A DNA stretch of 35,104 nucleotides. It comes from Pseudomonadota bacterium. GTDB lineage: Bacteria > UBA10199 > 2-02-FULL-44-16 > JAAZCA01. The DNA is taken from contig JAZDOG010000038.1 of NCBI GenBank assembly GCA_043798915.1, positions 1 to 35,104 on the forward strand, in the 5' to 3' direction. The position numbers were made by a program, and so were the translations under genes. Each line of letters starts with the position of its first letter. The stretch's first letter is position 1. The notes beneath the pieces are model-generated. The model saw only the letters and a list, made by a program, of their open reading frames with translations. It made no database searches and was not told the DNA's origin. This document shows, one piece after another, positions 1-8,699 of the stretch.

Positions 1-1
1 C

Positions 2-358
<357 letters not shown>

Positions 359-379
359 TCACACCCCTGTTTTGCACCG

Positions 380-1474
380 CTACATGATCAGCATGCAGTC
401 GCCGTAGGAGAACAGTCGATAGCGCTCCCGGATGGCCTCGGCGTAGCATGAGAGGATGAACTCGCGCCCCGCGAAGGCGGAAACGAGCATGATGAGCGTC
501 GAGCGCGGCAGGTGGAAGTTTGTGAGGAGCGCATCGACGGCGCAAAATCTATATCCCGGCGTGATGAAGAGGCGCGTGGTGCCGGAGAGCGCACCGCGCA
601 CGCCTTCCTGCCGGGCGCTCTCCAGCGCGCGGATCGCCGTCGTACCGCAGGCGATGACCCTGCGCCCTTCCGCTTTCGCACGATCCACCAGTTCAGCCGT
701 CTGCTCGGTCACTTCATAGCGCTCGCCGTGCATCCTGTGCTCCGATGTATCCAAAGCCCGCACAGGCCTGAAGGTGTCGATCCCGACGTGGAGCGTGACC
801 GACGCTGTATTCACGCCTCGCTCGCGCAATCTTCCGAGCAGCGCCTCGCTGAAGTGCAAACCAGCGGTTGGCGCAGCGGCTGAACCCGATTTGTCGGCGA
901 AGACGGTCTGATAGCGTTCCCTGTCCTCATCCGTGTACGCGGCAAGCCCCTCGCGCTCGATGTACGGCGGCAGCGGCGGAGCTCCGTGATGTTTTATCGC
1001 CAGTTCGAGCGCCCCGACCCCAAATTCTACGAGCAGAAAGATGCCATCGCGCTCCCCCGCCGTCGCCGTGGCCTGCATCCCGAAGAAAAATTTCTCGCCG
1101 CTTCGGATGCGCTTCGCTTTCTTGAGGAGGCAGCGCCAAATCCCCCCTCCTTTGTAAGGAGGGGGAGGTAGACAATGCTCTACCCCCTCCGCCTCCCCCT
1201 TACAAAGGGGGAGTGTCGCTTTTTCCACAACCAGGAGTTCAATTGTTTCCCCGGTCGCGCGCTTGCCGAAGAGGCGCGCGGGCACGACCTTCGAATCGTT
1301 GAAGACGAGGAGGTCGCCCTCGCGGAGGATCTCCGGCAATTCGCTCACGACAGAATGGCTCCATGACTTTGAGGCGCGGCTGACGACCATCATCCTCGAC
1401 GCATCCCTCTCGGCGAGCGGCCGCTGCGCGATGAGTTCCTTGGGGTATTCGTAATCGAAGTCGGAGAGCTTCAT
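380..1474 (-). CDS. queA: S-adenosylmethionine:tRNA ribosyltransferase-isomerase
   Basis: Motifs DFDYEYPKELIAQRP, LVFNDSKVVPARL, PLPPYI, YQTVFA..GSAAAPTAGLHF, TLHVG, TNFHLPRST, YRLFSYGD. Contains a ~24-aa in-frame insertion (see findings). Confidence 0.98.
   Translation of the reverse strand: MKLSDFDYEYPKELIAQRPLAERDASRMMVVSRASKSWSHSVVSELPEILREGDLLVFNDSKVVPARLFGKRATGETIELLVVEKATLPLCKGEAEGVEHCLPPPPYKGGGIWRCLLKKAKRIRSGEKFFFGMQATATAGERDGIFLLVEFGVGALELAIKHHGAPPLPPYIEREGLAAYTDEDRERYQTVFADKSGSAAAPTAGLHFSEALLGRLRERGVNTASVTLHVGIDTFRPVRALDTSEHRMHGERYEVTEQTAELVDRAKAEGRRVIACGTTAIRALESARQEGVRGALSGTTRLFITPGYRFCAVDALLTNFHLPRSTLIMLVSAFAGREFILSCYAEAIRERYRLFSYGDCMLIM
1141..1213. repeat. Doublet of short palindromic repeats inside queA
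   Basis: CCCCCTCCTT-tgt-AAGGAGGGGG and CTCCCCCTT-aca-AAGGGGGAG in inverted orientation, linked by GGTAGA..TCTACC. The same unit occurs at 13331-13366. Confidence 0.85.
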
Positions 1475-1475
1475 T

Positions 1476-2609
1476 TTAATAAAGTTTTACAACTTCCGCA
1501 TCAGGATAATAGGATTTCAAAATGTCGCGATAGCTTTTTCCCGCCTCGGCCATCCCCTTGGCGCCCCACTGGCAGAGACCCACCCCATGGCCATATCCGC
1601 GGCCGGTGAACTGGATCGATTTCCCCTTGATCGCGGCCTCGAACCACGTGCTCTTGATGTTCTGGTAGCCGAACATGCGCCGAAGCTCCGTCGCCTTCAC
1701 CATTTTCAGGCCGTCGTCATCCTCGACGAGGAGATCGTCCACGCGCGGCGAATCGGCGAGCGCGCTCGCGGCGATCGTCCTGACGTTGCCCACCTTCACG
1801 CCCTGACTCCGGAGCACCTCCAGGAAGCGCGAGATCGGGACATCGAAGCTCCAGCTGAACTTCGGCGAACGCGCGCAATAGGTGTCGTCGATGACCGGCG
1901 GGCCCTGCTCCCCCGGCCAGACATTGCCCGCGTGCTCCGTGTGCCCGCCGCAGCAGCTGTGATAATAGGCGGGGAAGACCTTCCCGTCGCGGAGCAGGAG
2001 CTCGCCGGCCGTCGCCGCGACCGCCTTCTGCGAGAGAAAATCCTCCTGATGCGCGCCCTCGTAGACCTGATCGAGCGTCGTGGAGGTGATATCGAATGGC
2101 CTGGGGTTTTGCGCCCTGCGCGCACCCTCGATCTGGTTCATGGCATACGTGCGCGCCGCGACCGCCTGCGCCTTGATCGACTCCACGGGCCACGACGACG
2201 ATATCTCGCTGTTGATGAGCCCGGAGAGGTAATCCTCGAGCGGAAGCCTGTCCACGACGATGAGCGTGCCCTTCGATTTCCAGACGACGGCGAGCGCGCC
2301 CCTGAAGGTCCGTTCGCCTATGCGGTATCTCCCTGCGGAATCGGTGAAGATTATCTCGGTCCCTCGCAGGGCGCCCTTGAATAAGAGGCCCGACTCCCCC
2401 GCGAGCACCCGCGCCGAGGCCCCCGCCATCTCCTCGCCATGGCCAGAGGATGACCCGATCCGAAGCGCCGAGCCCGCGCCCTCTATCGTTACCGCAGGCA
2501 CGCCGTCGATGACCTGGACGCGCACCTCCTGCAGCGGCGCCGCCGAAAGCAGCGCGGGCAGAAACAAAATCACCGCAGCCACAAGGACTTTATGGAAAGC
2601 TCTCATCAT
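1476..2609 (-). CDS. SpoIID/LytB domain protein (peptidoglycan lytic transglycosylase family), exported
   Basis: Signal peptide; LEDYLSGLINSEI..SWP.ESIKAQAVAARTYA, DQVYEG, YYHSCCGGHTE, GRGYGHGVGLCQWGA, ILKSYYP. Confidence 0.93.
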   Translation of the reverse strand: MMRAFHKVLVAAVILFLPALLSAAPLQEVRVQVIDGVPAVTIEGAGSALRIGSSSGHGEEMAGASARVLAGESGLLFKGALRGTEIIFTDSAGRYRIGERTFRGALAVVWKSKGTLIVVDRLPLEDYLSGLINSEISSSWPVESIKAQAVAARTYAMNQIEGARRAQNPRPFDITSTTLDQVYEGAHQEDFLSQKAVAATAGELLLRDGKVFPAYYHSCCGGHTEHAGNVWPGEQGPPVIDDTYCARSPKFSWSFDVPISRFLEVLRSQGVKVGNVRTIAASALADSPRVDDLLVEDDDGLKMVKATELRRMFGYQNIKSTWFEAAIKGKSIQFTGRGYGHGVGLCQWGAKGMAEAGKSYRDILKSYYPDAEVVKLY

Positions 2610-2695
2610 GGATTGGGTTCAGATACGGTTTTAACCCCATCCCGTCAATAGAATAACACCTTGAAATACCAAGTTATTTTACTGCAAAAAGATTA

Positions 2696-2722
2696 GCAAC
2701 TTTTTTTGCGGAACGCCGATAA
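2696..2722 (+). promoter_or_regulatory. Sigma28-like promoter motif GCAAC-N14-GCCGATAA, copy 1
   Basis: GCAACtttttttgcggaacGCCGATAA, 65 nt upstream of the diguanylate cyclase ATG. GCCGATAA is the FliA/sigma28 -10 consensus. Two more copies in the window. Confidence 0.65.
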
Positions 2723-2787
2723 CAATGATGGAAGAACGTTTTGACCTTTGGGCTTGCAGATCCCGGGGGTCTGGAGTGTAAAAAGTC

Positions 2788-4383
2788 ATGGCGAATCCCG
2801 CCACGGATAAAAAAAAGCTGCGCCTCTCCATACCGGTCAAGGTGGTCGTCCTCACAGGCCTCACCTATGCACTGCTCTGGGGCGCAGGCATCCTGCTCGA
2901 GCGCATCGGGTGGCTCGACCTCTCCGGCAGGGTCTGGGGCATCGATGCGCAGGCCCTGTGCTCCGCAATCCAGATCGTAATCGTCGCGGCTACCGCCACC
3001 GCCGGCACCCATTTTTTCATCGACAAGCCGCTCATCCGCCTGACGCGCGTGATGTCGCGCGCCGAAGAGGGTGACTTCCTCGTCCGCGCCCCCGTGATCT
3101 CGAACGACGAGCTGGGCGAGCTGGCCTACACGTTCAACAGGATGCTCGCTCGCATCACCGACCTCACCGCGAACAAGCTACAGGCAGATCACGACCTGAT
3201 GCTGGCACAGGAGCAGCTCAAGTTCCGTCACAGTATTGACGAGAAGAACTCGATCATCGAGCGCACCAACCGCACGCTCGAAAATCTGGTGCGCGACCTC
3301 TCGCTCATCTACGAGATAGGCCAGGAAGTCGGCTCCATCATCGACCTGGACGACCTCTACGCCAAGATCACCGACACGCTCACGAAATATCTCCGCATCC
3401 ACGAGCTCGCCATCCTGATCTTCGACGAAAAGCGCGAGGAGCTCCACGTCAAGGCCGCATATGGATTTGAGGATCAGGAGGCGATATTCCGCACCGCGTT
3501 CCGAACGGGAGAGGGAATCACCGGGCTCGTGGCCGAGACCGGCAAAAAAATCTATATCAGGGACACGAACGTGGAGAGCCGCTTTCTGCACTACAAGCGG
3601 GAGAAGCCGCTTTCTGCCTCATCCTTCCTCTCCGTGCCGCTCCTCTACAAGGGCGAGGTGCTGGGCGTCATCAACTTCTCGCGCCGCGGCGTGAGGAGTT
3701 TCACCTCACAGGACGTGAAGATGATGTCGCTGGTCGCCGGGCAGGTGGCGATAGCCATCGCGAACGCGCACCTCTACACCCGCACGCGCGAGCTCTCAGT
3801 GAAGGACGAGCTCACCGGCATCAACAACCGCCGCCACTTCCAGCAGATGCTGCAGATGGAATGGAAGCGCGCGGTGCGATTCAAGAGGCAGCTCTCCCTC
3901 ATCATGGTGGATGTCGATCACTTCAAGGAATACAACGACGTCTTCGGCCATCTGCAGGGCGACAAGGTCCTGAAGCAGATAGGCGGGATTTTGAAGCGCA
4001 ACCTTCGCGAGGTCGACACGGTGGCGCGATTCGGGGGCGAGGAGTTCGTCCTGCTGCTCCCGGACACGGACAAGCACGGCGCCATGGCCGTGGCCGAGAA
4101 GATCCGGGCGCTCGTGGAGGCGCATCGCTTCGTCTCCGAGGGCCAGGACGAAACCCGCATGGTCACGATATCTTCAGGCGTCGCGGCTTATCCGGACGAC
4201 GTCGCCGAAATGGACGATCTCATCGATCATGCCGACATCGCGCTCTACAAGGCGAAGGAAAACGGACGAAACAGGACGGCGTGCTACCCCGCCAAGAAAC
4301 CCGAGGAGCAGGAGGATGAGGCCTTCGTCCCGCGCGAACTCGACAAGATTACCGACAAGAAAAAGCCGGATACGCTGCAGTGA
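2788..4383 (+). CDS. Membrane-bound diguanylate cyclase (2 TM-HAMP-coiled coil-GAF-GGDEF)
   Basis: Two hydrophobic segments; HAMP (DELGELAYTFNRM); GAF (GEGITGLVA..SVPL..GVIN); DELTGINNRR, DVDHFKEYNDVFGHLQGD, RxxD I-site (REVD) and intact GGEEF. Confidence 0.95.
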   Translation: MANPATDKKKLRLSIPVKVVVLTGLTYALLWGAGILLERIGWLDLSGRVWGIDAQALCSAIQIVIVAATATAGTHFFIDKPLIRLTRVMSRAEEGDFLVRAPVISNDELGELAYTFNRMLARITDLTANKLQADHDLMLAQEQLKFRHSIDEKNSIIERTNRTLENLVRDLSLIYEIGQEVGSIIDLDDLYAKITDTLTKYLRIHELAILIFDEKREELHVKAAYGFEDQEAIFRTAFRTGEGITGLVAETGKKIYIRDTNVESRFLHYKREKPLSASSFLSVPLLYKGEVLGVINFSRRGVRSFTSQDVKMMSLVAGQVAIAIANAHLYTRTRELSVKDELTGINNRRHFQQMLQMEWKRAVRFKRQLSLIMVDVDHFKEYNDVFGHLQGDKVLKQIGGILKRNLREVDTVARFGGEEFVLLLPDTDKHGAMAVAEKIRALVEAHRFVSEGQDETRMVTISSGVAAYPDDVAEMDDLIDHADIALYKAKENGRNRTACYPAKKPEEQEDEAFVPRELDKITDKKKPDTLQ

Positions 4384-4675
4384 GATCACGGATTGATTCG
4401 CTGACAGCCTGGAAACCGCCCCCCAAAAACCGCTTGCCCATCACTCCAGGCAGGGCTATGCAACCCTCCCGTTTGAGCTCAAGATCGAGCGGCTCAAACT
4501 GCAAGATTCGGGGCGCCTTGAGATTCAGGCTGAGATGAGAGATGACAATATCCGTAAAAGTAAAAAACGGGGAACGGGCCGGCGAGCGGGCAATGCTTAA
4601 GGAATCTCTCTCTGCATTGGGCAGAATGAGCGTTGCGCAGATAAGGACGGGTTTCAGGCCGGAGGTCTTCAATGC

Positions 4676-5050
4676 CGCAAAAAGGAGATCACCGCATTCC
4701 AGTCGTGCCCCGGGGGCGCGGTGTTTCTCATGACGCTCAAGACCGGCGGCATGGGGCTCAACCTCACGAAGGCGACATATGTCTTCCACATAGAGCCGTG
4801 GTGGAACCCGGCGGTCGAGAATCAGGCGACCGACCGGACGCACCGGATCGGCCAGACGAGGCACGTGCAGGTGTACCGCTATCTGATGGAGGAATCGGTC
4901 GAACAGAAGATAGAAATTCTCAAGGAGCGCAAGCAGGCGCGTTTTTCGGCCCTCTTCGGCCAGGCGGAGGGGGAGGCGGATATTTCAAGATCCTCCGGAG
5001 GGCTCACGAAAAACGATTTTGATTACCTGCTTGCGGATGACGGGAAATGA
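4676..5050 (+). pseudogene. C-terminal remnant of an SNF2-family helicase
   Basis: RKKEITAFQSCPGGAVFLMTLKTGGMGLNLTKATYVFHIEPWWNPAVENQATDRTHRIGQ covers helicase motifs V-VI. The frame is closed by TAA at 4598-4600 and no Walker A/DEAH half is present. Confidence 0.8.
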
Positions 5051-5200
5051 AAACCCGTCAGACGGAGCAAAATTATTGCCAAATAGCTTGATAATTCAGC
5101 AAGTTAATAGCTAATTTGAGCACCCAAATCCATCATGTGCTATTTCAACCATAGGCAAAAAAGATTGCATATTTATTTGCTTTGAGGTAAAAAAGATTAC

Positions 5201-6370
5201 ATGCAGATAAAAAGGTATTTGCACGATCCTGTGGAGCAGGACCTCGCGCAAAAGATGGTCTTCCTGGCAGGGCCGAGGCAAGTCGGGAAAACCACCCTTG
5301 CAAAAGAGATAATGGCCGAATCGGGCAACGGGCTCTACTATTTGTGGGACAGCAAAGAGGATCGCCAGGCGCTTATGAAACCAAGGTGGCCGGCAGAACC
5401 TTCCACTGTTGTTCTGGACGAGCTCCACAAATACCGCAGGTGGAAGCAGTGGATCAAAGGCGAATACGACAAACACAAAGAGCACATAAGATTCATTGTG
5501 ACAGGAAGCGCCCGGATGGACATCTACCGGAAAGGTGGAGATTCGCTTCAGGGCAGATATCACCATTGGCGTCTTCACCCGTTCAGCGTGAATGAGCTGG
5601 AAGGTGTGACGCCACAGGTATCCCCCGCGGCACCGCTGACATTTTCCAGCAAACGGAAGGAAGATCAGCTCGCCGCGCTATTTCGTTTTGGCGGATTTCC
5701 GGAACCGATTGTCGCGCAGTCTGAAAAAACGCACAGGCGATGGGAAAAGGAGAGGCTGGAGCGGTTCTTCAGGGAGGACCTGCGCGATCTTGAAAACGTG
5801 CGCGACATCTCGTCACTGCAGATACTCTCTGACATGTTGCCGTCGCGCGTCGGATCTCCGCTATCCCTGAATTCTCTCCGGGAAGACCTCGAGGTGAGCC
5901 ACAAGGCGGTGACGCACTGGATGGAAGTGTTTGAGAGGCTCTATTTTCTGTTCAGGCTTCGTCCATACACGACAAGCGCTATCAGGGGGCTCAAGAAGGA
6001 GGCGAAGGCCTACCTTTGGGATTGGTCGCTTGTGAAAGACAAGGGTCCTCGATTTGAAAACATGATCGCTTCGCATCTCCTGAAATTCTGCCACTACCTT
6101 GAGGACAGCGAAGGCTACAAGATGGATCTTTATTACATGCGCGATGTGGCGAAGAGGGAAGTGGATTTCCTGGTGACGATCGACAGGAAGCCGTGGTTTG
6201 CGGTTGAGGCGAAGGTCGCATCAGACACGATCTCACCGGACCTCAAATATTTTGGCGACAGGCTGAAGATACCGTATCTGTTTCAAGTCACATTCGACGG
6301 GGGGCGCGAATTTGTGGAAAACGGCGTTCATCTATTGCCAGCGGCCAAATTCCTGACTGCGCTTGTTTAA
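5201..6370 (+). CDS. AAA+ ATPase with DUF4143-type C-terminal nuclease-fold domain
   Basis: Walker A GPRQVGKTT, Walker B VVLDELH, TGSA, SLQGR, FGGFPEP, FEN, C-terminal EVDFLV..AVEAK. Confidence 0.9.
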   Translation: MQIKRYLHDPVEQDLAQKMVFLAGPRQVGKTTLAKEIMAESGNGLYYLWDSKEDRQALMKPRWPAEPSTVVLDELHKYRRWKQWIKGEYDKHKEHIRFIVTGSARMDIYRKGGDSLQGRYHHWRLHPFSVNELEGVTPQVSPAAPLTFSSKRKEDQLAALFRFGGFPEPIVAQSEKTHRRWEKERLERFFREDLRDLENVRDISSLQILSDMLPSRVGSPLSLNSLREDLEVSHKAVTHWMEVFERLYFLFRLRPYTTSAIRGLKKEAKAYLWDWSLVKDKGPRFENMIASHLLKFCHYLEDSEGYKMDLYYMRDVAKREVDFLVTIDRKPWFAVEAKVASDTISPDLKYFGDRLKIPYLFQVTFDGGREFVENGVHLLPAAKFLTALV

Positions 6371-6384
6371 CCCGTCAGGCTGTC

Positions 6385-8286
6385 TTATCCCTTCGCCGTC
6401 GAGCAGCAGCCGTAGTTTTCCGGGATGCTGAATTTTTCAGCGGAGTTTTTGCCGCAGCTGTAGTCCTTCGCGACGATCTTCGGGAGCGACGGGTCGGCCG
6501 GGAAGCGCTTCGCGCGGTTGGCCGAGGCGTGCGGATTGCCATCCTCGCGATATTCATTGAGGCCCGTCGTCTTCTGCTTCTCCTCCACTCGCTCGCGGTA
6601 ATAGGGCCCGGAGTTATAAGAGCAGAACGGATACATCTTCCCGTCTGGCGCCGACTGATGGATCACGCAGCGGCGGACGCGCTCGGTGTCGTAGTTGTAT
6701 TTGTCCTGGAAGTGCATGCCGGCGACGAAGATCGTGTTGTAGCTGTAGGTGCGCTCGGCGTCAGGCTTCCTTCCGCGCTCCGTGTTCTTGTAGCCGTCCA
6801 TCACGCCCAGGAGCCTCTTGAATGTGAGGCCGGAGGGAGCCTTCTTCTCGTCGAAGTGGCGCTTCAGGACGCGCAACGCCCTCGCCCCTCCCACGAGGTC
6901 GGCCGAGCGCGAGATCCCCACCATCGACATGGCCTTGTACCACCACCTGTTCCGGCGGGCCGCCGTCTTTTCAGCCAGGTGCTGCAGGTCGACGAGCGCC
7001 TGCCTCAAGCTGAAAAACCGCGTGAGCGGCAGCACCTCGGAGTGATCGTCCGGATTGATGAAGAGATATCCGCCGCCGCCGCAATCGGGATGGCAGGAGA
7101 CGAAGAAGGCCGCCTTGCCGGAGAGCGCCTCGGAGAGCCTCGACAGCGGCTGGGTGGCGCCCAGCGAGAACCAGTTGTCGCGCGGCATCATGCTTCCGGT
7201 CTGGCCTTCGATATCCGCCGCCAGGTGCGTGATCGTGTAGCGCTGCTCCATCCGGTCCTTCTCCGAGATCCGCCCGGTGAAACAGACTGGCTGGAAGCTG
7301 ATGCCGGAGATGACGTCGGAATTGTCGCAGGCAAATTGGGTGATGGCGCCCACCTGATGGTCGTTGATCCCGCGGATGATCGTTGGGACCAGGACGATCC
7401 GGAGCCCAACCTTGCGGCACACTTCGAGCACCTGCAGTTTGACATCCAGCACCTCTTCGGCGCGCGTCTTTTTGTAGATATCGTCGGTCACGCCGTCGAA
7501 CTGGAGATAGAGCGTGTTGAGCCCCGCCTCTTTGCAACGGCGCGCGAAGTCGAGGTCGGAGAGGTTCTTGCCGTTTGTGGCGATCTGTATCTGCGAGAAC
7601 CCCATCTCCTTCGTCATCTTGAGGATCTCGATGAACTTCGGATGGATCGTGGGCTCCCCTCCAGAAAACTGTATCACCTTGCACGGAACGGGCCTGCGGT
7701 CGCGGAGGGTAGCGAGCATCGCCCTCACCTCTTCGATGGGCGGCTCGGTGACATAGCCCATGGAGTTGGCGTTGGCGAAGCACACGGGGCAGCGCATGTC
7801 GCAGCGGTTGGTGAGGTCGATGTTGGACATACATGTGTGCGAGTGGTGCATGTTGCAGATGCCGCAGTTCTCCGGGCACTCCTTGCCCGAGTCGGCCTGG
7901 GTTAGCGGGTTAGTGAACCCGCGGTTGTCGCCGAAGCGGAACGTGAAAAACTGCATGTAGAAATCGACATCCGGCGAGATGAGCTCGCGGAAGTAGCCGT
8001 GCTCCTCGCACTCCTTCTCCATGTAGACGATCTTCCCTTCGGCGAACTTGCGGGCCCGGATCACCTTGCCGCACTCAGGGCAGAGGGAACTCGTCCAATA
8101 GGGAAGCGTCCATGGGACCTCCCTGATCGGATGGCCGGAATAGGTCATTTTGGGTTGGTGCTTGTTGAGGAAGGCAGGCCTGATTGAGCCGCGCACCGTC
8201 TTCGTGCCATCCACACCCATTGCGCTATCCTGACCCAGCTCCACGGCCGGTTCGGCCCCCAAACTCGCTCCACTGCGAGGATTCAT
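6385..8286 (-). CDS. Radical SAM enzyme of the tetraether lipid synthase (Tes/GDGT-MAS, MJ0619) family
   Basis: Rubredoxin-like CPEC...CEEHG; auxiliary CPENCGICNMH; radical SAM DLTNRCDMRCPVCFANA; QFSGGEPT, IATNG, YLQFDG, FQPVCFTGR, HPDCG, MHFQDKYNYD..RVRRCVIH..PDG..PFCSYN. Full Tes-like architecture; RBS AGGAG upstream. Confidence 0.85.
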   Translation of the reverse strand: MNPRSGASLGAEPAVELGQDSAMGVDGTKTVRGSIRPAFLNKHQPKMTYSGHPIREVPWTLPYWTSSLCPECGKVIRARKFAEGKIVYMEKECEEHGYFRELISPDVDFYMQFFTFRFGDNRGFTNPLTQADSGKECPENCGICNMHHSHTCMSNIDLTNRCDMRCPVCFANANSMGYVTEPPIEEVRAMLATLRDRRPVPCKVIQFSGGEPTIHPKFIEILKMTKEMGFSQIQIATNGKNLSDLDFARRCKEAGLNTLYLQFDGVTDDIYKKTRAEEVLDVKLQVLEVCRKVGLRIVLVPTIIRGINDHQVGAITQFACDNSDVISGISFQPVCFTGRISEKDRMEQRYTITHLAADIEGQTGSMMPRDNWFSLGATQPLSRLSEALSGKAAFFVSCHPDCGGGGYLFINPDDHSEVLPLTRFFSLRQALVDLQHLAEKTAARRNRWWYKAMSMVGISRSADLVGGARALRVLKRHFDEKKAPSGLTFKRLLGVMDGYKNTERGRKPDAERTYSYNTIFVAGMHFQDKYNYDTERVRRCVIHQSAPDGKMYPFCSYNSGPYYRERVEEKQKTTGLNEYREDGNPHASANRAKRFPADPSLPKIVAKDYSCGKNSAEKFSIPENYGCCSTAKG

Positions 8287-8345
8287 GATTTTTCTCCTTT
8301 TTGGTCAGTCTTTTCGTTCTTGCGTTCAGAACATCCTGAACGTTG

Positions 8346-8377
8346 TAAATAATTGATTAATAAGGATTTTTAAGCTG
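8346..8377. promoter_or_regulatory. AT-rich motif containing an IHF-like site, repeated at 29401-29431
   Basis: TAAATAATTGATTAATAAGGATTTTTAAGCTG; the reverse strand contains AATCAA-ttat-TTA, matching WATCAANNNNTTR. Confidence 0.4.
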
Positions 8378-8438
8378 CGGCCCACTACCATGTGGACCAG
8401 CCCGCGTCAACTTTTTTCGTATGACTGACAGGAAACCC

Positions 8439-8466
8439 GCAACTTTCGGGCCTTTGCTGCCGATAA
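8439..8466 (+). promoter_or_regulatory. Sigma28-like promoter motif GCAAC-N15-GCCGATAA, copy 2
   Basis: GCAACtttcgggcctttgctGCCGATAA, 20 nt before the ATG at 8487. Confidence 0.65.
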
Positions 8467-8486
8467 TATGTATGGAGGGAGAAAAT

Positions 8487-8654
8487 ATGAAAGTCGTCAG
8501 GATAACGATGCTGGTCCTGGCCCTCGCAATGGCGGTCGGAAGCGTGTTGGCGATGTTACCGCCGGACACCTTCAAGGACCCCATCTTCGCGTCCCAGGAC
8601 GGCTCAGGCGACAGCGGAGGCTCCGATTCTGGCGGGGTCACCGAATTTGCCTGA
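8487..8654 (+). CDS. Small secreted protein (55 aa), unknown function
   Basis: RBS GGAGG before the ATG; MKVVRITMLVLALAMAVGSVLA resembles a Sec signal; acidic Gly/Ser-rich mature part; GC3-rich codons like the host genes. Confidence 0.7.
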   Translation: MKVVRITMLVLALAMAVGSVLAMLPPDTFKDPIFASQDGSGDSGGSDSGGVTEFA

Positions 8655-8699
8655 CGGACCCAGGCGGTTCCCCTTGCTTTGAACGCGCAGTGAATCCGC

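Noticed and set aside
6529..7905. Long alternative ORFs (458 aa here; also 1587-2384, 9052-10125, 11623-12759, 22039-23169, 33597-34586)
   Set aside because: They overlap well-supported genes on the opposite strand or in another frame, have no family motifs, and are expected in GC-rich DNA.
6385..8654. Radical SAM plus small peptide as a RiPP system
   Set aside because: The enzyme has Tes-type architecture with no RRE or SPASM pattern. The peptide is divergently transcribed and has a Sec-like signal rather than a RiPP leader.
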